A stretch of 64,000 bases of DNA from Lepidodermella squamata (Eukaryota > Animalia > Gastrotricha), in contig JBLDXI010000003.1 in NCBI GenBank assembly GCA_047495785.1, positions 3,968,001 to 4,032,000 on the forward strand, in the 5' to 3' direction. How positions within the stretch are numbered: the stretch's first letter is position 1; the number at the start of each line of letters is the position of its first letter. The translations under genes and the position numbers were made by a program. Of the stretch, positions 24,610 through 39,042 are shown one piece after another. The notes under the pieces were generated by a model. It was not told the origin of the DNA and made no database searches. It worked only from the letters and a program-made list of their open reading frames with translations.

Positions 24610-25473
24610 TTATGCGACCGCCGCTCGGCCAACCAGCAGGCAGACACTGGTCAGAATCAAGGCGATGTAGGCTAACAAAGATCCCATGCAGAAGCTCGTT
24701 AGACTGTAATCGGGCGAGTCGGAAAACAGCACGATCACTCGGGATACCACCGCCAGAATCCCAGCGATTAGAAACGCTAATGCTCCCAGAACCATGAAAG
24801 GATTCTCATGAATTAGCATTCGACAGGAAGGACCCCTGAAGATGCGAGGGCATACAATGCTTTAAAAAATACTCTAATAACGAAAACTGGAACTGACCCT
24901 CCGAATCCTTTTTTGCACTGTCCCAGAAGGAATAAAATGAAGCCAGCTATCCATGAAATGGCGAAAAGCACACATATCCAGTGATCCAAAGCTCCTGTGA
25001 AACATAATTCCAAGTGTTGCCGCAACTGTTATAGTTAACACACCACTAACCTAAATATCCTCCGCGGCTTCGTATCCAATAAAGCGAAGTCAAACCACCC
25101 CATAACAGACTCTGTGGAAAAACGTATCCGTTGGCGATGAGAATAAACAAATATCGAGAAATTTACTTGAATTAAAGATGTCAATGTTAACAAGCCGAGA
25201 TCTCCGCGCTGCTGAATAACTGCGACCAGCATGATTTTGGAATCGATAACGAATAAGATGGATTTTCGAAGAAAATTGCTTCCGCTCTCGAGATGTTATT
25301 CCGATGTTTATTCGCACGGTTTTATCTGCCCACCAAACATCATTATAGTATTTCGCTGGTGGGGCGCTGATATTACCATTATTACCAACGATCGCCGTTC
25401 CATAGGCTTCCCCCGCCCCGCTGTTGTTATTTATTGGCGAGGGTGGGTCGGTTGCTGACGGCCTAGAGTGCAC
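24610..25473 (-). CDS. Putative multi-pass membrane protein (exon structure unresolved, possibly a pseudogene)
   Basis: Several hydrophobic helices in adjacent ORF pieces (HWICVLFAISWIAGFILFLLG; VLGALAFLIAGILAVV; FCMGSLLAYIALILTSVCLLVG). I could not build a clean start or frame. Confidence 0.35.
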
Positions 25474-25770
25474 TCAACGTTACTGCCGCGTATGTTTTCA
25501 TTTATATTATTTGTAAAATCGGCAATATCTGAACTGGCAGCAGTAGCGCGATATAATAAATGATACACCCGCTATAACTCATGGACCACAAGGCGTTGGA
25601 TAAAACCGGATTGTTTATTTCCGTTTCGACAACAGTAGGTTCATAGAAAAAATAATTGACGAAAAAATCAACACAACAATTTTTCAAACGTAAACTATAA
25701 TATAGAAAGGCAATTCGCAACCAGATTTGTTGAAGAATAAAATAACCGGGCGATAATCATTCAACAAATG

Positions 25771-27340
25771 TCATTTAGAGGCAGGAGCTGGTGACACGGG
25801 TTCGGGCTTTTTACGCAACCTAGCGCCGTAGCTTTGAATCAAGTCGCTCCGGAGTTTACGTGTATTATCATAGTCTGGAGGCAGTGGCTTGGACAACGAG
25901 GTTTTATCACAGCGGCCTTCGTTAGCAGCAGCTTCCGTTCCACCACTTCGGACGACTTCTCGCATTGTGGCGTACCGTTCGGCCGAGGAGGGATGGGTAG
26001 AAAAATAGTCAATTTCAACAGGCAATTTCTCTGTCTTTTTCGGCAGTGACATCTCGCTCTCAGTCTCAGCTGGCTTCCCCACAGCAACATTAGCTACAAA
26101 ATAATCAAATCAACTTGTGAATATTAACATGAATTTGAGTTCTATTTACTTTCAGCAGCAAGATAAGCGACTCCGAAATTAGGATTCGCATGCAGCTTTG
26201 CTTGGGTAGCTGCCGCCTTGGTATTCCCATCCCCAACAACGAGTTCGTAATCCTCAAAAATATCCGCCAGTAGTTCCATTTTGTGCCAAACTATCACAGC
26301 TTGACGTGGGTCGAAACAAGCTCGAGAAAGCAGGTCCAAGCCCACAGCATCAGCCTCGCGTTCTAAATTTCGGCTGAAAGGTAGTTGAAATAACAAAGCA
26401 GCTACTTTGTGGCAAAACCACGACGCTATGGTCGCAGAGCCGTCTCCAGGCATGATGCACCACAACGAGGCAAGAACTAGAGTCATGAAAAAATCGACAA
26501 TCGCCGCACGGGTTATATTTTCGCAACCATGGCCGCAAATAACATGACTAAGTTCGTGAGCCATGACCATTGCGAGTTCGTGCTCATTAGCAACAATGTC
26601 AAATAATCCAGTGTAGACGTAAATGCTACCGCTTGGCACGGCGAATGCGTTTGCATCGGCATCGTTGATGATATAAACGCGCCATTTTCTATCGCCAAAA
26701 TTGGGTATGAGGTGAGCGTTTGATCTCAGAAGTCGAGTTGCTATATTCGCTACTATCCTATACATTCGATCGGCATCTTTTTCATTCAAAATAGTATCCT
26801 CGTGCAATTTTGCTATCTAAAATTCAGCATTATTATTTGTGCATAAAAGTAACACCGGCAACTTACCATCTCCTCCTCAGCAGCAGCAATTTTTCGATAT
26901 TGATAGGGAGTGAGTGGCACAAATCGAACCCGTTTGGTTATCGGGACTTCTTCCAAGTGAAGAATGTAGAAAATTATCCACGATGTTGCGATAAGACCAG
27001 AGCCGACCGTAACTCCAGCACGATTACGAGCGAACCATAGCCGTAAAAGCCTCATCCGCTCCTTGAAAGGTACTGATTTCCACCAATTGCGAAGTGAACG
27101 ACCAAAAATTATAGCAAATAATTTAGCAGCTGGCCGAGCCAGAAGAACACCCACAATCCCTCCTAATCCTAGCTCGCCTAAGCCATATTTTGGTTTCGAG
27201 CTGTGAAAGGTTCTTATTGTTATCACATTATTTTTCGCGTGATTTAATAAGAACGATGTGGAACTGCCAACTTTGGTCTTGATCGAAGCCGAGCGAATAG
27301 TGCATCTGGTTGTTGCACGAATCAGCTGAGATAGCATCAT
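25771..27340 (-). CDS. OMA1: OMA1 mitochondrial M48 metalloprotease
   Basis: Basic mitochondrial-type presequence, HLEEVPITKRVRF, NAFAVPSGSIYVYTGL, HELSHV (HExxH), PFSRNLEREADAVG, YFSTHPS; introns ~26865-26817 and ~26148-26094. Confidence 0.92.
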
Positions 27341-27979
27341 ACTCAGCTAGATGTTAAATACCTAGAATAAAGACGAATCACAGACGGTAATCATACTGGA
27401 ACAAATAATTTTGTGGAGTCAAACAGAATTGTTCGTAATTCTTCACGTTTGAATTCGCAAGAACTCTAAGACTCAAGCGAACCAATAAGCAAATGTTCAC
27501 TAGTAAAAGGAGATACTTCAATATGCTTTAGATACTTCAAGTACATCAATATGCTTTTAGTTGAAAATTACAGAGCTGCAGACAATTTTTGCTAGCCGGA
27601 CTTGAGCAGGATTATCCACTAATCACTAAAGCTCTTAATGCCTAAGGCGCCATTTTCCCAAGCTGGCTGTTCTCCTCGCCCGATGCATCAATCGTAGTAT
27701 AAAGGTCAACATTCGATATGGTGTTTTGGTAAAGCACGACGCAGGACTTCGTCGGTGATCATCTGGGATATATCGATTAAATGTGGTTAATAACGTACAT
27801 TATTCTATTGCCTATTGACAGGATTACAATACGAGGACATATATGCTGCCAAGGACTCAAATGTAGAATTCAATGTTTTTCCCAGTGTCACTTGTGAACC
27901 CAAACAGCCTGCCCCTGCCTGCAATGTCTAAGGCTTGCACCAAGTAAACACTACCAGATCGAACTGCCGAGTCTGGTAT

Positions 27980-28310
27980 CTGACCCTGACTGTGGAAGTT
28001 TCCTCTACACTGACGACACCGCAATCTATGCCACTGGTGACTCAATTTCCTCAGTCAAAGCGAAACCCGAAATGCAACTAACCTCAGTAGCAACTTGGCT
28101 CCGGCCAAACAACATGAAGTTGAACGAGAAGAAAACTCAAATAATGTTTTGGTACCGAAATTGCTTAAAATTGACAACGAACTGCCTGAAGTGAACGTCA
28201 ACTGTATTCTCGTCGCTCCACAACCTACAATGACACTCATCGGGCTCTAAATCTACTATCGCATCACGTTTGAAAACCATGTCGAAAACGCGAAATGACG
28301 CAGTGGAGCT
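27980..28310 (+). mobile_element. Decayed non-LTR retrotransposon (LINE) reverse transcriptase fragment
   Basis: Translates in shifting frames to LYTDDTAIYA (YxDD), W..PNNMKLNEKKTQIM and TLIGL*I...ITFENHVE, in the order expected of the LINE RT C-terminal region; contains stops and frameshifts. Confidence 0.7.
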
Positions 28311-29052
28311 TATGCTCTCCGCCTAGCTGGTCGAAATGGCAGGTGAACTCGTGATCCATGATCTATCTTTCTAATTTATTTTTCTACTCCTTTGTCGTGC
28401 CACGTGGCCCGTGTTATACATCGCCAAAGCGGTGACTCGGGTTCTAAAATCTAAAACTGAAGCCCAAGCATGTCGTCGGGCGACTGGCGATTGGGCTTAT
28501 TAATCCATCCATCCCAAATCGATCGAATAACAGGTCACCGACTTTTTTGTTCGGCTCGGTTCGTTGTTTGCTAACAAAATGCCAACAACAACGGCATACG
28601 CTTCTCTGGTCTCCCGAGAGCCAAAACCGCATCTTCAGATACAGAATTTTTATTGTGATTCTCAGATACAATTTGTCGAAATGATCACGGGGTAACGAAG
28701 AAAGAACAGATAAAGCACAGATTATATGATTGATTTTCATAGATCGACTATGAGTCTTACCGACTCGGTCGAGCCCATGTCAACGGATCTTAAACGTCTT
28801 TTTGATTCGAGGCAAGTCCGAAGGGTGCAAAACGCATAGGATAAAGTCAGGCTCAGAAGTCAGAAGGGCTTTGGGAGTGTTGTCCCGACAATACAGAAAA
28901 CTGAACGAAACTCACTGTCCTCCTTGTTCCTTGTAACCAAACAACGGTCAACATTATCGAACTAACTTGAGCAAACGGTTTTCTGCTTGGGACTGCAATC
29001 ATAATCGATCTATGAAAATCAGAACCGCATCTTCGCGTCTCCAAACAAAGAT

Positions 29053-30170
29053 GGGTGTGATCGAAAAATAACTAGCAGTTAAACTCAAGTTAACTAAAAG
29101 TTTACGATAAGTTAACCAAATGCCATGTGATCGAACGTTAACTACTAGTTAACTACTAGTTAGCTTGAGTTTAGGATTAGATTAAACGCCTATTTCTAAA
29201 CCAACGAAGTAGTTGGTTTAACTTCTAGTTAACTATTTTTAGCTGCAAATCAGCCTCCTCAGACTAAATTCAGCTAGGAATCCGGCTGAATTATAATAAA
29301 ATCAGCCTAATATGACTAAAATGGCTATAAAATCAGCCATGAGGAAAAATTTGTGAAATCAGCCTGGCTGATAAGTGTTCAAATGGGAACTAATATATCA
29401 CTCTGTCATTGAAAATTGAGCATCTAATCAAATTATGCGAAATTGAATGATTGGCATTGTCTCCTTGTGCAAATCTTTCATAGTGATGGCGATCTAATTG
29501 ATGCTTTTAGAAAGACACCAAAGTAAAGACCACCACTAAACAGTGAAATTTAAACACCGCTCTTCAATTAAAAGTTTCAGCAATAACAATAGGGTCTTGA
29601 GACATTCAGGAAGCATTTCCGAAACAGCCTGGTCATACTCTTTGGAGATCAATGCATGTGATGACTTATGCCTCATAGTTATCGATCTATCGTGCATTTT
29701 CAATTTCCAAGTCATCATTGAATTTTAAATGTGCCATGTTGCCATTATTGGCCGCTAGATAGCAAGGCTTTGAGTTCCAATTTCAGTCAGGGTTGATTTT
29801 CGTAACTTGCAAGTTGGACATCTTCTTTAAAAGTACCCACTTGCATTGAAACCGGTGTAAAACGGGGAAGTCACAACTTTTGAATTTTGAAATTGCCGCG
29901 AGCATAATTAAAACAATCAATTTAATTAGGAAGCTAGTAAATGGAAAGATTTCTACCTTCCAATAAAACTGATGTCATTCACGAAGCGTGAGGCAGAACG
30001 TGACATGTTGGTAGTTAAACCTAAACTTATATTAACTAGTAGTTAACGTAACTAAATTGTCGATCACAGGTTATCGGTTAAACTTATGGTTAAGTTGCGA
30101 TTAGGTTAGGTTTAACTAGTAGTTAACTTATAGTTAAACCGTTGCTTAACTGCTTGCTTCGATCACACCC
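29053..30170. mobile_element. Non-autonomous TIR DNA transposon with AT target duplication (ISL2EU/PHIS-like)
   Basis: AT|GGGTGTGATCGAA ... TTCGATCACACCC|AT: perfect 13-bp TIR. Both ends carry a second TGTGATCGA copy and many TTAACTA(C/G)TAGTTAA subterminal motifs; AAATCAGCC is repeated at 29247-29363. Confidence 0.8.
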
Positions 30171-31120
30171 ATCAAAAAGGCCGTTTTGACTCGATTCCCC
30201 GCGCATTCGTTGGTTTTTTAATTTTGGCCTCTAAAACAAGCAATTATTAAAATCGCAATTAAAATTAAAATTTATACATGGTACATTAATTATGTTTTAG
30301 CTTAGCAAAATTTTCAAAATCTTGGGGTTTTTGGTTTTGGAGCCGCATCGGCCGTTTTCGGTTTCGTTTGGGTTCGGTTTCGTGAGGGATTGATATGTCT
30401 TTGTTGCGCTAAACGATTAAGGATCATCGACTCGCATTTTTTCTAGAAATTTGAACGGTTTAAGTTAGGTCAGAGCATTTCGAGGATTCTCATGCAGGTG
30501 GAAGATTAGGAATGTTGTAACCCGCTCCTTTTGTGGCAATTGCCATGGCTGATCAAATGTGCTGATTGCTGATTGCTGATTACTAATAGCTCAATAAGTA
30601 TTCAATTTTAGTGTTTCATGGTGAAATTAGTTGTACAGAAGCATAATAAGCCAGTATAAGCTGTAAATACGAATGCCGCCTATTACCTATTAGTATAGCA
30701 AAAATGTCTTCCATATTCCAGACATCTTATGCTTGCCGTTGGCGCTTTTTACTGGTCAGACCTTGAAAGTTAGTGTGGTATTAGTGTGTTAGTAACCATT
30801 CAATCTTGTAGTAGTCATCGAGCATCGTATTTCTGGGGCGTCTGTCTTGATTGGATTGGGTTAGGATTAAATCGATTAAATCCCTGAATGCGCGTTAGAC
30901 TCCAAAAACCGAATGTTATTGATGGTTTATGCTACATCTGATTGAATTTTATATGCATTTTTCGTACATTTACTGGCGATAGACAAGGTATACCTTCGAT
31001 GCGCTTTCTGATGAGTTTGTGGCTTGAAGTGAATCTCCGCGCGTCTATGCTGATTACTGATTAATATATATACTATAGTATCATGATGTCTACTCTTGAA
31101 TTATAGAATGGATTACTAAG

Positions 31121-33281
<2,161 letters not shown>

Positions 33282-33305
33282 TTTATTCATCCCATTTTCG
33301 CTCAG

Positions 33306-33328
33306 TTCTCTCTCTCTCTCTCTCTCTA
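33306..33328. repeat. (CT)n microsatellite
   Basis: Direct dinucleotide run in the CDC14 3' region. Confidence 0.9.
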
Positions 33329-34812
33329 CTTGAATCCATAACCTAGAAAAAGGCTTGTTATTTTTTCACTCGCGGTTATTTTTTGGTTATTCTTTTTCGA
33401 TCCCTGTGATGATAAAGAATACAGAATAATGATAAGACCTCTCGTTCGATTTGACGGCTTTTGACTGATTCTCTCTCTCGCTCTACCTTGTTTGTTCCTA
33501 CATTCCCTGATCCATCAATGTAATAGGGAAATTTGTTACATCGCTGCTTCTGGTTCCATATTTTCCACGATACCATTTGCTGTAAGAAAGAATGAATGCT
33601 TTACTTGTCGTGATCTCCGCTGCTTTGATTTCACGCGCCGTGTTAATTGTTAGCTTTAAGCGTTGTCTCGCGACCGCTGGCTTATACGTTATGAAAAATC
33701 TGTGACTCTTGCCTAGGGCGTCTCGTGTGTCTTGTTGATCACAAGTCTGTTAATTCTTTTTGACTGTATCATCGTTTTCCAATGTAATTGGTCGATTGTT
33801 TGATTGATTGAATGATCCGTAATTGAAACTTTCCATTTATTGATTGATCAACCTAGTTTTTAACGCTATTTTTCCTACTAATTACAATTTTTGTTGAGTT
33901 TTTACTCGGCTTGATCACCAGTTATATTGAGAAGCCGGCGTTGTTTCGAGTTGTTTTGTTGTCGCTTTGATTGATTGATGTTTCACCGCTGTGACTTGAT
34001 TCATTCCCACACCCGCCCTCTAGACAAACATCCTGTGTGAAGGCTTTATTGTTGCCTCCCAACTGGAAAAACCTTTGTTATGTTTGTACTCCTATTTTTG
34101 TTTATCCGTACTATTACTATTATTATTACTGTCGTGTTTTGTTTTGTTCATGTCGCAGCGCACATACAACATCAAACATGCCATCATCATATTATTTTAC
34201 CTTTACTACCTACCTATTTTCAAGTACATGCGGAACAAGCTGCTTCAGTGCGTGTATCGATGCGCTTATCGATGCAGAAAAAACGCACAAATTCCCATGT
34301 TTCCTATAATATTATCTTGAAATAATATGCTAACACGCCGAGAGCTGCTTTTCTTCAACAATAATTTTACGATGTTATTTCACTGTGAATTCTCTTTTGA
34401 CGTTCAATTTCATGTATATCGTTGTTGAAAAAAACGATTGTCGACGGTTGATTCTTTCGATAGCATATTGCAAAATGGTGAAGCGAGAGCGTTGTACCAG
34501 AACAATTGTATAATATTTGATGATGATGATGATGAAAGATGTGTAATTTATCATATTTATATAATATAATACAACAGCAACATCATCATTTATTAATAAT
34601 ATTATTGTTATACTATCCATTTGCAGAAGAAAAAAACGAATATATTCTGAACTGATAATAAAACAATATTGCATCGTAGCGATTTCACAACGACGCGGCT
34701 AATTTCCCGCGATTTTTTCTCCTCCATTATAAATTTAGGCTGCATAAAACGATCGATACAAAATTTACTATATTGATCGTAGGAGAGCAGCAGCTGCTTG
34801 CAATTCCTCGTC

Positions 34813-37800
34813 ATGAGCAATAATGTAATTTTTGATTGAAAAACGAAAGAATGAAAAATATCAACACCTTGATGTTTTTAAGGAAAGCCAGCAATCAAAT
34901 TCATTGACCAGCCGCGGCTTGTTTATTTGGACGCCGAGTTACTTTGACAAAAATTTCCAGGCGCGATTTTTCACTAATCGCCTAATTGACGGCTTGGTCG
35001 ACGCTGGCCTGCCGCTAAATGATTTTTTCTACGATGCAAAGGAACGGCTGTACGAAAATGCCATGCGATGTTCATCACGAATGCGCGTATGTTATTATTA
35101 CAATATACGCCAATAAAATTGCCGCCAACAATATTTGACTCGAGAAAAAAATTGCCGAACAATTAAAAATTCCGCCTTATTTTTTTGCGCGCGTTATTTT
35201 CTTCTCAGGGTGTTTACTCATTAGATAATCTGGGGGTTGGAGTTGTTACATTGGCGAGCAAAATAACAAGATGCATCATGGAGGTTGTGTTTTATATACA
35301 TTTATGCACGTAGGCTGTGGAGCGGTGCCAAGCGGCCATTGTGTTTTTGCTATGGCCTGCTGGAGAGCCAGCGAGCCCTGCGCTGCTATCGGTGAATGAA
35401 CTCGCTGAATTAGGCGTGCTGTGCCAGCGCTCGATGCCACCGCAGCAGCAGCCGCAACAACACTCGAGCGATGCGAGGCTGATTAAGCTCTTTGTTGTGT
35501 GCTGCCACGAGCCGATGCAAACGTCGCTCCTGCCGCCCAGTCTCAACTACGCACTGACACTGGCGGGGCGCTACTCGGTCGTGCGAGTGCCGTGGGCGCC
35601 TAGCGAGCCAACGTTGACAACCAGCCAGCTGCGCGAGATGGCCGGCGCGGTCTCTGGCGAGCTGCTCACTCTCGGCTTGTCCGAGTGGTGCCGGGTAATG
35701 CCCATGCATAAGATGATAATGTGATTATAATGGTAGAGTTATTACCAGGCACCGTCCAGCACGGCGAGTCGAGCGGCTTGGCTAACAAGCGGCAGCCGCT
35801 CTTCGAACCATCAGCGCGACGCTCTTGAGTTTAAAGTGCCGAGCTCTGGTGCCGAGTCGCGCGAGAATAACACGACGGCGACGGGCGATGGCGAAAGTGG
35901 CGACGCGGAAACGTCGGAGGAAAAGCCGCGTAGTGAAGAGCCGCCCGACTGGAAGTCGACCCCGGTTGCTGAATGGACCCCGGCCATGGTTCTGCAGTAT
36001 CTCGCCAGTGCCCGCGTTCCTGAGTTCATTTCCATGAGGTTGATAATTTTGCTTTACATTACAAAACTACTTAATTCCTATGGTCTTCAAGATCTTCAAG
36101 CTTGCATTAGAAGTGAAAAATACGCTGAAAATTTCACTGTCACTAGGATAAAAAAGCGACAGAAATTTAAAAAAAACTGGAAAAAAACGAAAAAAATGAA
36201 ATTTGAAGTAAAGAGTAGCCGATATTATAGTTCTTCATTTCATATGAATTTGAGGTATTTGAAAAAATTGAAAAAATTCATCAGAAATCAGCAGCTCAGA
36301 TTCTCTGCATATAATGAATTTTCTGCATAGAAGAATTAATTTTTGCCTCAACCGATTGAATTTTTATTATTTCAATATTATTCGATTCAGGATTGAAGAG
36401 CTTGCACTCGATGGTTCGGAGATTTCAGTGATGGAAGTGGCTGATTTCAGCTCTCACGTGCTCATCGACAACATGGAACTGTGCCGCATTCTGCACAAGA
36501 AAATACGCCAGCACATACAGTCGGCTCAATTGCTGAGTGCTTTCTCGTACAACGCAAATAAACGACAATTACCGCTTGTTTACGTTATTTTCGACCCTCG
36601 CGACGCCAAGTTGGCTCACAAGTTGCGCCGGCAGCTCGAGAAATTACAATTTGAAGTATGTAAACGAGAGAGATATAAACCCAAGTGACGGGAAAAAACC
36701 GCGAATATTTTGTTTTATTACATTAAGGTGCATCACCATGGTCAACTAGGCCGGTCGCGCACCGAATTCGCGCTCACGCAACTGCCGATAATGGCAAAGT
36801 GCGCTTATTTTCTCGTCTTGTTGACCGAGACCGCTCTTTCGTCGCCGTTTATTTGGGAAGAAGTGTGTATTTTGCGCTCGGTTATTCAACCACCAGCCTC
36901 GGCCGTCATTGCCCTGTCGTGGAACATCGGGGCTAGTTTTTTCCCGAGACATCTTTTCCTACCGCAAGGCTTCAATAACATCCAAATCAATCGCCGCGGG
37001 GCTGTGGAGTCGGATATTGTGATTCCTGTCTCGCCATTGTAAGTGTTTTTGCTACTAAGTAGCTATAATAATATGTATCGCGCACTTCACGGTCGATTTA
37101 ATCCCAATTTTTGAACATTAAATCGATAAGAAGCATACCACTTACGTGCGTGGGCGTAAATTAAAACTTACATTAAAAACGTAAAAAAAATGAAAATAAT
37201 ACATTTAATATGAAGCGGCTATTAGCGCTAAACCATCCAATTTAGGATCAGACGTCTACAAAATAATTTGATTTTTTTAATACTATATATAGATCAATAA
37301 ATTCTGAAGAATAAATTGATCAAAATCACGGTTAGATGAAAAAAAGATTTTTTCCAAATTAAACGAACAATTTGAGTTTCATGAATTTACAGAACAAAAT
37401 TTACAAACTGATTGGACTTGAATTATTTTTCAATTAAATTCTAAATTGTAAATTTTGGCTTGAGAATAATTAGCCAAATAAATGAAAATAACTGAAATAA
37501 TATTTTCAAATTTTCTTCTGATACTAAGACAACGTCAATCGAGACCATTTGTTCCAGATTACCAAGTTCAAGTGCGATATCAAGGCTAGGTTCCTGAGTT
37601 CCATCCAATATTAGACTAAGTATTTGCATTCTTTTCGGCTTCGTTCATAATATTTCCAATTTTAATGATTTTATCTCAACTGCATTGACATTTGAAAAAA
37701 ATTAGTTTATACTAGTTTAGACTAGAATATCATTTTTCAATATAATTTTCAGAAATACAATGCTAGAAATAGTCGTCCGGACTCGAAAAATAATATCGTG

Positions 37801-38705
37801 AATTTCTTTGCAGAATTTTGATGTTGGCTGACGTTCAAAACATTCCGCTGCTTGTTCAAGTTGAACTTTCAACAGCTGTTTACAAGATCTGCCGTCTCGT
37901 TGAATCTGCTATTCGATCACCGCCGCCTGGCATCGTGCTCGACCGCCCTGTCACCGGCGAGTACAACGACGTGCTTGCTCCAAACGCTGCCAACTGTGAT
38001 TCACTCATCTTTCAGCCAGTGCTATCGAGCATTGGAATCGGTGGAAGCTCACTTATGGCTAATTCGCCGAAAACTACGGGCCGATTCGGTTATTTGATCT
38101 CAAATTTCCTGCAACCGTTGCCGAGTGAAAACGGCTCGACCCCGGCATTTTCTGACCCGAGGATGCAGCTGTTGAATTCAGTTTACATATCACCCCCGAT
38201 TGATATTGTCATTTTATGCGACTGGGCCGATGCTAAAACCGCGGCTGTCCCGCTGCTGACGTCGCTTCGAAACGCCGGTCTGCGGTGTTTTGCCGACTTT
38301 GAAAATCCGATCGGCTCGCAGACCGCGAATGCCGCCATAGTTCCGAAATCTCGTCTTCGCCTGTTACTAGTAACAGCGTCATCCGGCCATCTGAGACCGT
38401 CCCATCCTCTGCTTTCGGTCGCTATTCTCGAATCACCCATGTCGCCCCTTTTATTTGTCCTGTGCTCTCGATCGCCTATTGCTAACCCAGATGAGCTTCC
38501 CCCTTCGAAAAATATCGCCGTCTCTTCTTCCTCCCAGCATCAAAACCAGCAACAGTTTCCGTACGAGTACTTCAACGGGCCGTTGAATAGCAGCAGCTCT
38601 GTTCCAGCCTACCCGTCAGCCCTTATGCTGGACATGTCGAGCTCGCGGGGAATAACGCGTTTTGTCAACGCGATTTGCCGCTATCTCGGCCACCAAAAAG
38701 ACTGA
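34813..38705 (+). CDS. TIR-SAM-TIR-(TIR) domain protein
   Basis: TIR1: LFIWTPSY...RLIDGLVDAGL...FFYD...MR|AVERCQAAIVFL...NELAEL. SAM: EWTPAMVLQYL...IEELALDGSEI...RILHKKI. TIR2: LVYVIFDPRDAKLAHKLRRQLEKLQFE|V...CAYFLVLLTETALSSPFIWEEV. TIR3-like: IDIVILCDWAD...LLTSLRNAGLRCFAD. In-phase GT-AG joins were checked for the early exons. Confidence 0.7.
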
Positions 38706-39042
38706 AAACAATAATTTAACAGCAGAATTGTGTGATAATCCCAACCTGTGATAGATCTCAATATTTTTCGAATAAATTGAAGAATTTTTTTAATATTGCG
38801 GCCTTTTTTCGGGTAAAATGATACAGAAATTTATATAGCAGCGGAGCAGCTTCGATAGCACTTATCTAACAAGATAAGCCAGGCGTTGAGTCCTTAGGAT
38901 AACAATATGAGCACCCACGCTATCAAAATGCAGGAAGCATGCGAGTAGATAATCCCGACATCGCACGAAATTTTTGTCACAGTAGTAGTTTTTAGTGTAC
39001 TCTGCTTTTAGCAGCCTTAACATCAAATAATCGGCTGGAAAA

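Noticed and set aside
29060-29240. Repeated palindromic units resembling a CRISPR-like array
   Set aside because: No constant repeat-spacer period, eukaryotic context, and mirrored at the other end of the element; these are transposon subterminal repeats.
28330-30560. Possible larger host element around the AT-TSD transposon
   Set aside because: Only short scattered similarities (CCGCATC, TTCGG runs); I could not define termini.
34037-34674. Several hydrophobic, Tyr/Ile-rich short ORFs
   Set aside because: Products of AT-rich (TAT/TTA)n low-complexity UTR or intergenic sequence.
37081-37150. Small hairpin (TCGATTTAAT...ATTAAATCGA) in an intron of the TIR gene
   Set aside because: Too short and without clear TIR/TSD to call a MITE or structured RNA.
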